Part shown: in pieces, positions 26,979 through 41,219 of the stretch
Position numbering within the stretch: position 1 is the first letter of the stretch
How the letters are laid out: every line of letters begins with the position of its first letter
Assembly (NCBI GenBank): GCA_012295275.1
Contig: CM022678.1
Location: forward strand, 10,044,001 to 10,108,000
Direction: 5' to 3'
DNA from: Chrysomallon squamiferum
Lineage: Eukaryota > Animalia > Mollusca
DNA length: 64,000 nt
Position numbers and translations under genes: made by a program
Notes under the pieces: generated by a model
Databases searched by the model: none
Told to the model about the DNA's origin: nothing
Seen by the model: the letters and a program-made list of their open reading frames with translations, nothing else

Positions 26979-28160
26979 AAAACTGGTCTGTACACAAGAA
27001 ATGCTAATTCTGTGAGCTCACCACAGGCGAGAAATGTCATCAAAGAATATGGCAGAACAGGAGCATCTACAGAGGTTTTTGTTATAGTAATAGTATTAGT
27101 CATTGCTATTGTGGTAGTAATGTAGTTGTTACAGCATTAGTACTTGTAGCATTATTAATAATACTGTTTGTTATAGTAATAGTATTAGTCATTGCCATTG
27201 TGGTAGTAATGTAGTTGTTACAGCAATAGTACTTGTAGCATTATTAATAATACTGCTTGTTGTAGTAACAGTATTAGTCATTGTTATTGTTGTAGTAATG
27301 TAGTTGTTACAGCATTAGTACTTGTAGCATTATTAATAATACTGCTTGTTGTAGTAATAGTATTAGTCATTGCTATTGTGGTAGTAATGTAGTTGTTACA
27401 GCATTAGTACTTGTAGCATTATTAATAATACTGCTTGTTATAGTAATGTTGTAGAATTGATCTTGGCCATATTTTATCTGATGATGCTGTCTCCATAGCT
27501 TTGTAATAGTAATGTATCTTGTGAGACTCATGGTGATTTAAAAAAACTGTTTGTAGTCAGATTACTGGTTGGAGTGGCAGTAGTAGTAGTAGTAGTTGTT
27601 TTTAGAGAAATTGTTATGATAAATATAACAAGAAGAGTAGGTTAACAGCAGAGATAGTAGTAGTAACAGTAGTCATAGTTGTTGTTGTAGTAATTGTATT
27701 AGTATAAAGAAATACTGACGTAGGAGTAATAGTGAAGAGAGCAAAAATGTCACTTTCATTATTAATGGATAGTAATTTTAGTAATAGGAGTATTATTTCA
27801 ATAACAGTAACCCTAGTTGAATCATGAATAATAGTAAATATTAGTTATAGTAATGTTGGTAATAAAAGTAGCTTGAAGTTTGCAGTAAATGTAGTAGTAG
27901 CAGTATTTTTTTTTTTTTAAAGTATTTTATTCATTTTTTTATTTATTTATTTGTTTATTTATTTATTTCCTCAAACTAGGCAGTGCACCCACCAATGTGA
28001 CTCTGACTCAGAGTAGTTGAAAGTATTGCTGATGAAAAGCTCAATTTCGGTGACCTGGACATTGAAGCCGACCACGTCAGACTACAACAGTTCTTAAGTT
28101 GGTGAGTCTTACACCAGGTCACCAATCTCAACAGTAAAATGTCAGGAGAAAAACTTGAAA
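26979..28160 (+). repeat. Diverged direct paralog of 41219-42105 (two exons plus intron)
   Basis: Shared blocks gctaattctgtgagct..gagaaatgtcatcaaagaat, taatgtatcttgtg, gagaaattgttatgataaa, gcacccaccaat, ggtgacct, ttacaccaggt..ctcaacagt..ggagaaaaacttgaa. Confidence 0.85.
27079..27450. repeat. Minisatellite, 89-bp unit, about 4 copies
   Basis: gtagttgtta at 27122, 27211 and 27300; starts just after an exon donor. Confidence 0.9.
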
Positions 28161-28172
28161 AAACCCCCCAAA

Positions 28173-29630
28173 AACCAAGAAGTACATGTCTTAAGGAATG
28201 AAGTTGAGGTATTTGTGAAATCAGTTCATAAAGGAAAACAGATCTATGTTAATTTTGTTGAAGGTGTTTCTGAATGAAAAATTCTTCTTTAGCTTTAATT
28301 CATCTTTATTTTAGATTTTTTTTTATCTCTCTAGCTTTAAATTATCTTTCAGTAAATAATTTGAACTGATAACTGCATTATTAAATCTCATTAGATTACA
28401 AAACAAAAGATTTTAAACAAGGTTATATTTCAAATTTTAGTTTACTATAATTTTATTGATTCATGCTGACTCAATTTATTGAACCGTTTTACAACAAGGA
28501 AATACCAGTATTTACTCAATAATCTTTCTATTAGGTTTTACCGAATGATCTTTCATCTGGGTATCACATGTATTTATAGGAATAGAAGAAACCAGTATTC
28601 TAATGTGTGGATTTAAACTCTATATTTTCAGAAATTAAATCGGCTTGTTAAGGATACAAATATTCAAGAAATTGTTGATAAAATACAAAGTCAAATTGAC
28701 AGTTTGGAACAAAGAGCAGCTTGAGTCTCCAGTAGAGTTGAAGTATTTGGTGCTGTCCAGCAGGTATTTAAATACATTATTCATTGTAAACCTTTCCATT
28801 TTATTTCAGTTTTTAATATTTCTTCAGTGATTCACAAAACTGAAATATTTTTTCTTATACTGAATTAAGCATCATACATGAAAATATAATATATTTGTGT
28901 TTTTGTAAACTGATGCACTGAAAATTAAAAGAATCAGTGTAAACCTTGTAATAATTTGCATGCCAGCCTAATAGAGTAGTGAACAGAACATTTGTATAAA
29001 TTTGTAATTTTCTGTTATAAATATCTCACTCTAAACTGAAATACAAACATTTATTACTTCATTTGGGAGAGCTAAAGATATTTACAGTATTTTGAAATTT
29101 AGTATAACGGATGGAATTTTGGTGGATTTGAAAGGTTTATTTACTTAATATTCCTGGCAGTCATCTTAAACTGGACTAAGCATAGTGTAAATATCAAATT
29201 TTACCAAGTTACATAATTATTCAAATATATTTAAAAATATTTTTCATAAGCTCTTTTACTGATGTATTGCTGTTTTAATGCTTTTATATCAAAATTAAAA
29301 AATAATATTAAACTATTACTTCACAGTCTTTCCTGTCCAGAGAAAGCTCAACACTTTCAAGAGAAAATCTGTAAGATCATAAAATCAGTCTATTTTGAAT
29401 TTTGAAACCTCAGTGATCTCCAAGAGACTGCATTGTCAATATTTTCAGAACATCCAGTGTACACATTGTACTTCATAGCAGCTTGCACTGTTTTTATCAT
29501 TGATGTGTGTGCATGGTTATTCTAATTTTTATTGATGAAAGAGGAATAAAGATTCATCACTGCTATGGAATGTCATTTTTCTAAATAACCTAAAATTAAC
29601 GTGATAGTTCATAGAGGTGTTACATTATTT
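28173..29630 (+). pseudogene. IRAG/LRMP-like pseudogene copy A2 (3' part)
   Basis: NQEVHVLRNEVE|gtattt ending 28208; exon 28632-28763 KLNRLVKDTNIQEIVDKIQSQIDSLEQRAA*VSSRVEVFGAVQQ with TGA at 28722-28724; truncated terminal exon at about 29312-29630. Confidence 0.78.
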
Positions 29631-29659
29631 TGATCATCAAATTTTTGTGTTAATTAAAT

Positions 29660-30260
29660 CAAGGAAAATGAAGGGTTAATCAGTGTAAATATATTTAAAA
29701 TTATGTAATTAGGGTAATTAGAATCCATTATTTAAAAAAAAAAAATTTAAAATTTAAAAACCAAAAAAATATTTATTTTATCTTATTTTTGTAATATTAT
29801 TTAAATCGGGGGGAAATTCAAGGGTTTAATATATTTAGAATTATGTAATTAGGGGTAATTAGAAATTTTATTAAAAAAAACAAGAAGACTTTTTTTAATT
29901 ATTATTATTATTATTTGCATCAGGGGAAATCAAGGGTTTGCTGGGGGTAATCACTGTATAAATATATTTAAAATTATTTAATTAGGGGTAATTAGAATTT
30001 TTTATAAAAAACCCCCAAAAAACAAAAAAACAACAACAACATTATTAAAATCAGGGGAAAATAAAGTGTAATCAGGAGAAAATCAATTTAAATATAATTG
30101 AAGATGATGTAATTAGGGGTAATTAGACTTTTTTTATATAAAAAAACAACTAAAAGAAACCAACAGTTTTTTCCTTATCATATTTAAATCAGGATAAATC
30201 AAGGGTTGCTGGGGTTAATCATTGTATAAGTATGTTTAAAATGATCTAATTAGGGATAAT
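29660..30260. repeat. Imperfect repeat of about 115-125 bp (also 20610-21010 and, inverted, 53210-53950)
   Basis: Core aaatcaggggaaaatcaagggtttgctgggggtaatcaatgtaaatata..ttatgtaattaggggtaattagaa. Confidence 0.85.
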
Positions 30261-30885
30261 TAAAATGTATTTATAACAACAAAAAATAAAAACATTATTT
30301 TTTTTGGATATAAAGTCATTTATGATAGACATTTGAAGATATACATGAAAATACTATGTCTGATTGTAAATATCTGTATTTCTCATTTTATCATCCTTAC
30401 TGTATGAAAAATTATTCTGCTTGTATTTTATTTTTAGATACGAAAAGTAAATTATTTTAGTCATTTGTTCTTTCTCTTTTTTCTTTTTTTTCTTTTGAAT
30501 GGAACTTAATGATACATTTTTTGTTATATTTTTTATTCCAATAACAATGAGAATTTTTAAAATATTAAAAAAAAAATAACAATTATATAAAAAAATGTTT
30601 ACTATGTAACTATTTGTTAAATTTCAGTCACATTTTAATTCCTAATTGTTCAAATCACAGAGAAAAGTTGAAGAAACATACCTTAATTATTCTCTTTTAT
30701 TTCTATTTTGTGATTTAATATATTTTTTTAAATTTCAAAATTAATATATATTTTTTTTCCATTGGAAATCTGTTTCAATTTTCTTTTTTGGAACTAATCT
30801 GGAAAACTTGGAAATCTAAGAAAAGTTATAGTAATTCATAAAAATAGTTGCAGGTCAGGGCAATTTCCTGTATATCAAAAAAACA

Positions 30886-30965
<80 letters not shown>

Positions 30966-31187
30966 CATCAGTGCCATACTATTTCTCTGCTAAGACTTAA
31001 TATTATGTTATTTTAATCTTTATAAATCTGCAATATGTCTAAAACCTTAACATTTGTAATTAAAAAAATATTCCAATTTTATATTATTTTAATCTTTATA
31101 TCTCTGCAATATGTCTAAAACCTTGTAATAAGAAAATTCCAGTTGTTTTAATCTTTATAAGTCTGCAGTCTAAAATGGCATTACCCT

Positions 31188-31216
31188 AGTGTCCTGTTTT
31201 TATAGAATCCACTGTA
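31188..31216 (-). mobile_element. pogo/Tigger-like terminal inverted repeat remnant (similar ends at about 6340-6372, 19343-19370, 46828-46858, 52210-52240)
   Basis: TACAGTGGATTCTATAAAAAACAGGACAC-type termini starting at a TA; no matching partner or transposase seen. Confidence 0.4.
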
Positions 31217-32004
31217 AATATTTTGTTTATATTTTAATTATTTATTACATACTAACAGATGCAAGTTGAAATATAGTGTTCTTGGAACATACCTACATGT
31301 TTATATTGATTCCTCTTTACACAACTTTATATGCATTTTACAAGATATATTATAATTCAATATTTGTCTTTTGTTGTATTAAAAGTGAGAAACAAATAAT
31401 AATTCTTGTTCATTCTAAAATCTAATACAAATTCTTTGATACATTATGGATTAAAGTTCCATAGAGGCCCTTCCTGGAATGATAGCAAATATATTGTATC
31501 TCTCCTGTAACCAAAACTGATTTTTTTCTTTTATTTTCTTTTCTTTTTTATTTTTTTGTGTTGGGGCTCTTACAAAGTTCTGTATAATGTACTTATATTA
31601 AATTGTTTTTAAAATTTTTTTATTATGTTTACATATTAAAGAAGAAAAAAAATTCACAATATCTGAATGTTTCATTCCTTATACTAGCAAATGTTAATTC
31701 ATTTTGTTGTTAAATAACAAAGTCATGAATTAAAAGTAAGTGTTTGTGGTCATGTGTGTGTATATGCGTGTGTATGTGCACCTCTTTACTTAGTAGTTTG
31801 AAACTCGTTTTAATGAAAAGAAAAAGACAATTGTTATTATTATTATTATTATTGTTATTATTGTCATTATTATTATTATTACTACTATTGCAATTATTAT
31901 TACTATTACTCTTATTATTACCATTATTATATCATTATATTATTATTTTTATTATTGCTATTATTTTACTATTATTATTATTATTTTACTATTACTATTA
32001 TTGC

Positions 32005-32046
<42 letters not shown>

Positions 32047-34149
32047 GTAATGACAGTCTTTGATTAGGGGTAGTGAGTATAAATAGAAAAAATATAGAAA
32101 GGGTTTCCAGATTAAAAGCCTTTTTTAATTAAGAATATTAAAGACTTGAGGTAATGTTATATTGATAACTAGAGGTAGAATGGTAACCTTTGACTTAGTA
32201 GTTTAAGTCTGTGTATAGAGAGACATGCAGTGTTAGTTTACACTGAAACACTGATTAGTTTGTAGTCTGTACAGATCATCTGAGAATAAAAGTCATTAAT
32301 GTAATATTATATTATGTGTCTCTATTCATTTATCCTTTCATTCATCTATCTGTTTACACATCCAGTGTCTTTGTGAGTGTTTGTGTCTGAGTTTGTGTCT
32401 GAGACTGTTTGTGTGTGTGTGTGTTTGTGTGTCTGTGTGTGTGTGTGTATGACTGTTTATGTGTGTTTGTATATTTGCATATGAGCACCTGTATGTGCAT
32501 GTGTAGTACTAGCACATTAATAGTAAATATCGATTATTTGTGTACATGTATGTGTGTGTATGTATGTATGTGTGTATGTATGTGTCTGTAAGCATGTGTG
32601 TCTATGTGTTTGTGTATGTGTGTGTGTGTGTATGTCTGTGTGTGTCTATGAAACACTGGGTGGAGTTGTTGATTATCAACCTGCTAAACACTTGTTTATT
32701 AAACACTCTTTGTGTTCAGCTCAAATATCCTCTTTCCAAGCTAAATGAACCAACTCCTGGCCTGTCCTTATCATTGTATTTATTTATTTATTTATTTATT
32801 TATTTATTTTTCTTTATTTATTTATTTGTTTTTATTTATTTATACATTTATTCTTTTGTATTTATTTATTTATTTTTCTTTATTTATTTATACATTTATT
32901 CATTCATTTTTTAATTTTTTTATTATTATATTTTTTTATATATATATATACAAATAAGCAGACTGGACAAGTGCAGGAGTCTGTTTCAATCACAGGGTGA
33001 CAAAAAACAGATTCTTTGTGCTTAGATTAATCACTGGATTCATGTATACATGTGGAAATATGGGATTGAAAGATGGATGGATGATGAATAAGAGATATGA
33101 ATGGATGAAGTTAAATGGTTAGCCTGGTTAGAGATAGGGAGGGATGATACAATCAAATAATATCCAAATAGAATAACTCACTGGATGTGATAAATGCTGG
33201 ATGAATGAAAGAATAAATGAACAGAAGCACATGTAGTTGGATGGGCAGAAATGTGATTAATGACATGATGATATATTGATATATAAAACATTTAGTTCTA
33301 ACTGTGTGATAGCATAGTGTGTGTTTGTGTGTACTTTATAAGATGTCTGAAGACAAACCAGTATCTCACACACTCGCTCTCACTATTTGTACCTTTAACA
33401 ACCTCTAAATATCACTAATTACTCTTTAAAATAAAATGACAAATATTTACATTTTAAAAAGTGTAAATAGTTAATAAAAAAAGATTAAAAAACCCATTAT
33501 AAAATAAATTAAATGGTAATGATAATAAGAAAAGAAAAATAATCTATTTCGACAAATAAATATTCTAAGTTTCAATAAGATGTAAGTAAGTTACTGATCT
33601 TTATTAAATGCTTCATGTAAATTTTCACTGAGTTCTGTGGATCCTGATGTGCATAAACAACATTGCATGTTGAATGAAATCCATGTCTACTGAGAACTAA
33701 CGTAGAAGCAGTTCATTATGTATATAGAATAAAGTGATAAAAGAATCAAGATAAGCCCGTAGTTTGAAAAAGCTGATGTTTAGATGATTGTAAATAAGAA
33801 CAATCCAACAAAATGTGACTCTGTTAATATACAGTGACAGTGTTCACACTAAAGTGAATGTACATTTTTCAAAACTAAACATATTGTCAAATACAACTGA
33901 CCAATACTGGGAGGACAAAGACAACTTCGTCCTTCCTTGACCATCTGTATTTGCCTGTCTCCTCCTACACTGTCACATTCATCTAGCTAAGTGTGTTAGA
34001 CACGATATGTATGTATGTGTGTGGAAATGTGTTTGCTTATTACTGAGAGAAAATGGATATGTATGTATAATGTGTGTGCAAGAGTGTGTATGTATTTCTG
34101 AGAGATAGATGAAAAGATAGACTGGAAGTTTGTCAGACAGACAAACACA

Positions 34150-34480
34150 GAGCCAGACATACAGAGATATTCTATAATGAGAAGGGTATATAATTAGTGA
34201 GATAGACTGACAGATACAGAGACAGACATACAGAGATATGTGTATAATGAGAAGGGTATATAATTAGTGAGATAGACTGACAGATACAGAGACAGACATA
34301 CAGACATGTGTATAATGAGATGGATATATAATTAGTGAGATAGACAGACATACAGAGATATGTGTATAATGAGAAGGGTATATAATTAGTGAGATAGACT
34401 GACAGATACAGAGACAGAGATACAGAGATATGTGTATAATGAGAAAGGTATATAATTAGTGAGATAGCCTGACAGAGAGG
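34150..34480. repeat. Minisatellite, about 54-70-bp unit (inverted copy 48830-49210)
   Basis: tataatgagaagggtatataattagtgagatagactgacagatacagagacagacatacagagatatgtg. Confidence 0.88.
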
Positions 34481-35213
34481 AAGACATAAGATAACAGGCA
34501 TACAGACATATACAAACATATATGTATAGAGAGCTAAACTGATAGGCATATGTGTATGAGTAAGAAAGTGTTAGTAAATTCATGTGTTAGAGAGAGAGGA
34601 TGGGTTTTTGTATATGAGTAAGTGGATTGGAGTCTTTATGTTGGTATATGTGTGTTTTATAGATAGATAGATAGATAGATAGATAGACAGATAGATAGAC
34701 ATACTGGCAGGCAAGTAAATTCATTGGTAGAGAGACACAATAAGGACATTTTGGAGATAACATTATTATGAATGAACACAGGGATAGAGCAGTGGACAGA
34801 AAGCTGTTTGTTTGGATTATCAATGACATATTAATAGTGAAATAATTCCTAAAAGCTAAGAATACTAAAGATATTTCAATATACTCAGTCTTTCAAGGTA
34901 ATTTCTTTTTACAATTCTGTATTTCAAAATATATAAAAATATTTCAGTATCCATGCAGCATCATTTATTCCTAAATTTACTGTCATTTTTAAATACATTT
35001 TAAAATCTGGTTTCAAAAGTCCAATAAAAATATTTCTATAAACCTGCCTGACTACATGAGAATCTCTCAGTTATACATTTGTACATATTTCTATCATCCT
35101 TTCTGTCTCAACACAACAAAACACAGCAACCTCTACACATCTCATTGTCAGTTCTGTTTATCTATCCATCATCTACATGTACATGCTGCTGTCAATCTAT
35201 GTGCGTGTATTTT

Positions 35214-35437
<224 letters not shown>

Positions 35438-35530
35438 CCACACACACCTAAACTATTCTGTTATTTTGTAGTTATTTCAAAGAATCTAAAATCTAAAATC
35501 TACTTGTACACAGTCGAATGTAATCAAACA

Positions 35531-35602
<72 letters not shown>

Positions 35603-36009
35603 TGGTAGTAGTAGTAATAGAATTAATACTACTATTAAGACAAAAATCGAAAAGAGACAGTTCACGCTTTTCAAACAAATATGTAGACAAGATAAATCAA
35701 TTAAAAAAGAATAAATAAATAAATAAATATGTTAAGGTCTCTGTAAGTGAATTTTGTTCTTTTTCAGATTTTTCTTCAGCAGTGATAAAACTCGTTTGTA
35801 CAGTCTACTCACACAGAAAACGTTCAATCTCGAATATCATTTGGAAATTCCCAGATCTATTTTTGGAATCTGCCCTTTTATAATTTTACGAGAAAAAACG
35901 GAAGTTAATGTGAAACTTATTTTCTGTTTTATATTTCCTTGTATTATATTATATTATATTATATTGTGTTATGTTGCATAGTACTCTGTATGAATAATCT
36001 AAATCCCAT

Positions 36010-36209
36010 NNNNNNNNNNNNNNNNNNNNNNNNNNNNNNNNNNNNNNNNNNNNNNNNNNNNNNNNNNNNNNNNNNNNNNNNNNNNNNNNNNNNNNNNNNN
36101 NNNNNNNNNNNNNNNNNNNNNNNNNNNNNNNNNNNNNNNNNNNNNNNNNNNNNNNNNNNNNNNNNNNNNNNNNNNNNNNNNNNNNNNNNNNNNNNNNNNN
36201 NNNNNNNNN
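36010..36209. other. Assembly gap (200 N)
   Basis: Run of 200 N; a fixed size typical of scaffolding joins. Confidence 0.99.
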
Positions 36210-36381
36210 TCATGGTAACTTTAAATTTAGCATAAAGTAAATTTATGAATCTTAATATCTAGTTAAAAGAGGATGGGGTTTTTGGGCGCTTTTTGATTTT
36301 ATATTTCATAATCAACAAAATTCATATTTTATTATTAGGTCTCTTTTTTTATTTTTATCTTTGGTTTTGAATATAATTTGT

Positions 36382-36448
<67 letters not shown>

Positions 36449-36535
36449 AGTTATCACATCCTTTTCATCCTCCTCAACCTCTTTTACTGTGTTATTAAAT
36501 ATTAATTGCCTCAGTGTTGTTTATTTTTTCCTCAG

Positions 36536-36774
36536 ATATATGTTTGAAAGATGGGTTAGGAATAGCTAATTCTTTACATAATCTATGCCTCACCAAAACA
36601 TTCTGTGAACGGCATCTTCCATCAACTTTTTCCATTTCACCTACGAGGATCTCCTGTACACACGAGACAGTATACCAGAAAACCTCTTAGCCTTTCTCAC
36701 AGAGCTGTTCTTCTGGTTTGAAATGATAAAACTGACAGAGACAGGACAGCTGCTGAATGATCAGGAAGCAGAAA
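36536..36774 (+). pseudogene. CAMSAP/patronin calponin-homology domain exon (frameshifted)
   Basis: ctcag|ICLKDGLGIANSLHNLCLTKTFCERHLPST, one base short in the T-run at 36627-36631, then FHFTYEDLLYTRDSIPENLLAFLTELFFWFE. Compare CAMSAP DICLKE..ADSLYN..EDMLY..NVMVFIAELFWWFE. Confidence 0.82.
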
Positions 36775-39700
36775 GTAACTTTTGTGAGAGTTTTTAATTA
36801 CATTGCAAGTCCACAATTGAAATGTATCTTTTATTAAATGAATTTATGAAATTTATTATTGTACTGGAAACATTGGGATTTTGTCATATTCAGTTTTAGT
36901 GTTTATACTGGAGGGGTGTAGCAATACTGATATAAAAAGAATGTCTTTATAAATTTACCTTTAATAGTTGCGACACTGAAGGCAGGATTTTAAAAGTTAA
37001 TAGATGATTATGATGATAGTTTTACAAGTGTATATGCACCAAATAATATTGCAGAAAATCTTTTATTTTTAAATGATTATGTAAATTTGTGGATTTTCAA
37101 AATACATCAATGACAGGAGATTTTAATGATATTTTTAGATCCTAATTTAGATTTAGGCATTAATAATAAAACTTTCAGTATGAAAAGTGGTAATAAATTA
37201 CAGATGTTTATAATTATATTTGGCGACACAGAAATCCAGCTAAAAGACAATTTACTATATCACAAGTTGTTGAAAAAACTATAAATCAGTCAAGAATTGA
37301 GTTTTTTTTAATTTTTAGAAATTTGTTACAGTTTATAAGTAATGTATACATATCCTATACCTCAGTTAGTGATCACAGTTTATTATCACTTAAAATAGAT
37401 TTTTCTAGTGTAGAGAGAGGACAAGGTATTTGAATTTTTAATAATGAATTGTTGAAAGATGACATTTTTTTGTAAAGCTCTTGTTCAAGTAATTAATAAT
37501 GCTTCTGAGTGTCATTGTTACAGACTGAACCTGTTGTTTGATCAAATAACATAAAATATAAAACATTTTGCACTAAATAAGAGAAAATTAGTCAACGAGA
37601 AATACTATAATATACAAAATGCTTTAAAATGAGAATATCCTAAACCAGTTGTAAATAAACATCATGATTTGAGTAACATACAAAGAAGAAAAGTTAAAAT
37701 TAATTTAGAGATTAAGTGTAATGGTGCTATTTTAAGATCTAAAGCTCAATGGAATTTAGATATGGATAGAAATATGTAATATTTTTCTTAGTTTAGAAAA
37801 ATCAAAACAGGAATCAAATTCTATTAAAGAACTAAAAACAGTAAATGGATTAACTAGATAAATGGAAGATATATTAGAATATGCTTATGAATTTTATTCA
37901 AAATTATTTACACAAGAAAATGTAGATACTATTAAACAGGAATAAATGATATATTTAATATCAACTTAAAGAATCTGAAAGTGAAAAGTGTGAGATTGAC
38001 ATTACAGTTAAAGAATTAACAGAAGCTTTAAAAGAAATGAATAGAAATAAATCACCTGATATGGATGGTCTATCAGTTGAATTTTATGTTAAATACTGGA
38101 AAATTAAAAATTTTTTTTTTTATAAACTAGTTATTTCAATTCAAAAAGAGGAAATGTTGTTGCATAGTATGAAAAAAGGGTAACTAATATTTTTTTACAA
38201 GAAAAAAATGGAGATAAAGCAAACCTTAAAACTTACAGACCTATCAGTCTTTTAAATGTAGATTATAAAATTATTTCTAAAGTTCTTGCTAGTCGTGTTA
38301 AACAGGTTATGTCAACTATTATTTCATCAGAACAAAGCTGTTGTGTAAAAGGAAGAGATGTTGCTGATAATATTGTGTAGTGAGGGATGTTACAGATATT
38401 GCTGAGTTAAATAATACTGAAGGGTTTATTGTTAAAATTGATAAAGAAAAAGCTTGTGATAGAGTGTAAAGTAGTTTTATTTTAAAAGTTGTAAAAAAAA
38501 TCAATTTCGGTGATGAGTTTATAACCTGGATTAAAATACTCTATAATGATGTAAAAAGTTATGTCAAGATTAATGGACATGTAACACATTTCTCTAATAT
38601 TACAAGAGGTGTTAGACAAGGATGTCCAATATCAATGATATGTTACGTTATTGTAGCTGAACCCTTAAATAATTTGATTAAAAATAGACTCAGCATGAAT
38701 GGAATTAGAATAACAAATGAATTTAATTGTTTATTGTTTCAGCATGCAGATGATACTACTGTAACAGTCTGTGATTCTCAGTCTGTTGAATCTGTTTTTG
38801 ATACAGTAAATATGTAAAAGTCAATATAGGTAACTCAGAAGTACTTTGTCTTGGTGAGACTACAAAAGAAAACTTATCCTTTAACATTCCGATATTGATG
38901 AATAAAGACTGTGTTGAAATTCTAAGTATATATTTAGGACCAAATAATGTGAAAAGGTTGAACTGGAAAAATAAATTTGATAAAATGTCTAATTTAATTA
39001 ATTTATGGAGTCAAAGGAAACTTTCTTTACATGGACAAGTAGAAGTATGGGATACTTTATTATTATCTAGACTGTGGTATATCATTAGCACAATAAATGT
39101 ACCAAACTGGGTAGAAAATTAAATTCACAAATTATTTTATAAATTTATGTGGGTTGGAAAAAAAACCTAATAAAATATTCAACAATAATTGGCTATTATT
39201 CAAGATGTTTCATTAAAGAAAATGGCTTTTCATTTTAAAATGTTAAAGAAATATTTTGATAATAATTTTAAAATTGTTTGGATATATATGAATATGAATT
39301 TAAATTATGACATTTTTAACATAGTTTACAGTAAAGACGCATTAAAAAATGTCCACCCTTTTTATGCTGAAATGTTATCAGCTTGGGACTATGTTAATAA
39401 TGGAGAACATATTTTCCCAAATGATACAACTGAAATATTGTCCCAACTACTTTTTCAGAATCCATTCATTAAATATAAAAATAAATTATTACTATTTAGT
39501 TCTTTTATTCAAAGTGGAATAGTCAAAGTGGCTGAGATTGCATATGAAGTAATTTTAGGTTTCTTCCCATTTACATCTGTTGTTGAAATTATTCATGACA
39601 AATATCCAGAATTACCCTAAACACAAATTTATATTGCTTAAAGTGTTCTGAAATCACTTCCAGATGAATGGAAAAGTTATATTAACAGAAATGCTAAAAG

Positions 39701-40390
39701 ATTAACACCTAATAAAGATTTGTTTCTCTTTCATAATAATGTTAGTACATTTACAGTTAAAATATTTTATTATATATTACTTTCAAAAAATGTTAAAGCA
39801 CCTACATGTGAAGAAAAATGGACTGAGCTTGGTTTTAATAAATTCTGGAGACCAGTTTGGAAATGGATACACTACAGTGTTAAATTTACTGAATTTACTG
39901 ACTTAGATTTGAGAACAGCTCATCATCTAATATATACATATAGTAAATTATGTAGACATGGAAAAATCTCATCTAGTGTTTGTCCAGTGTATCTGAAGGA
40001 TAATGAAGATGTGTGCCATTTATTTTTGTATTGTGAAGAATTGTCGGAACTAAAATCTATCTTTCATGAAATATTTATTCAAATATTTAAGAAAACAGGG
40101 TTTTCATTAGATCAGTTAAAGAGACTGTTAATATTAGGATGTTATCTCACAGTTGAAAATTGTTCAATAGAATTTATTAACAAATATATTAAGAATAATA
40201 TTTTTCTAGAATTAAAAGATGACATGCTTATTTTCAAATATCCTTTAGCAGACTTTAAGTAATCATAAAAATGGATAAAAAATATATCTAAGGTCATAGT
40301 ATATGTTAGATTTTTTCTGTGGAAAGATGTATATTAAAAATAAGATTTTTAGTTGCTTGTTTAAAAAGGATGTCACTTCATGTTGCAGAA
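36775..40390 (+). mobile_element. Decayed 5'-truncated non-LTR retrotransposon ORF2, L1/Tx1 type (endonuclease, RT, zf-RVT)
   Basis: In order, across frames: VYAPNN (about 37030), GDFND, IWRHRNP..QFT, SRIEFFL, SDHS, RGQGI*IFNNELL, NKSPDMDGLSVEFY, YRPISLLNVDYKIISKVLASR, IDKEKACDRV, RGVRQGCPIS, QHADDTT, CPV..EDVCHLFLYC. Many stops and frameshifts; no ORF1. Confidence 0.92.
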
Positions 40391-40679
40391 ACAGGTTTTC
40401 TTTTCCATTAGCTGTATTGTTATTTACCTTTTAAGATACACAGAACTAGTAAAAAACATGCGGTGTATGTTCTTAAATAAAATATTTCTTCTTTATTTCA
40501 GATTTGTTCTATTTGTTCAACAGAATGGGACACAGACACCAGAACAGACAGAGATTTTTCTAAAAAAAACTGGTATGAAAAACACACACATTAACTTACC
40601 TGTTTAAGTATCAACTTACCTTCTTCTCACTTTTTGTAATGGTAATATATTCTCAATACAAAGAATAAGAAAAGCAGAT

Positions 40680-40865
40680 TAGAGCAAGGAGAGTCCATAA
40701 TAATAAGTGAAGTAATCGTAGTATACAAATAGCTTGATAACTTAGCAAGTAGAGTCTATAATAATAAGTAAAGTAATTGTAGTATACAAATAGCTTGGTA
40801 ACTTAGCAAGAAGAGTCTATAATAATAAGTAAAGTAATTGTAGTATACAAATAGCTTGATAAGTT
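40680..40865. repeat. Minisatellite, 61-bp unit, 3 copies
   Basis: cttagcaag at 40741 and 40802. Confidence 0.88.
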
Positions 40866-41219
40866 AGTATTCTTCCATATTTCCATGCTCTATTACCATT
40901 GTTTTATTTCTTTTTAGCTTATATTTGTACTAGAGGTAATCAAATCCATTTCTTGTTTTGTTTTCAACTTGCAAGAATATGGTCTGCTTTGTTTTGTTTT
41001 GATTTCAAAGTTTTAAACATTAATTTTGTCACCCCTTAGTTTTTAATATAATTTGATGATTCTAAGGATTTAGAATATTTATAATTTAGTTATTTCAAAA
41101 AAAAAATTATATCAGAATAAAACATTAGTTATTATATACGTATCTGTCAGAGAAATATTTTATATATCTACAGATAAATAAATAAATAAATAAATAAATA
41201 AATGGGTGCTGTTTTTCAG

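Noticed and set aside
35939-36235. ORFs spanning X residues
   Set aside because: They cross the N gap.
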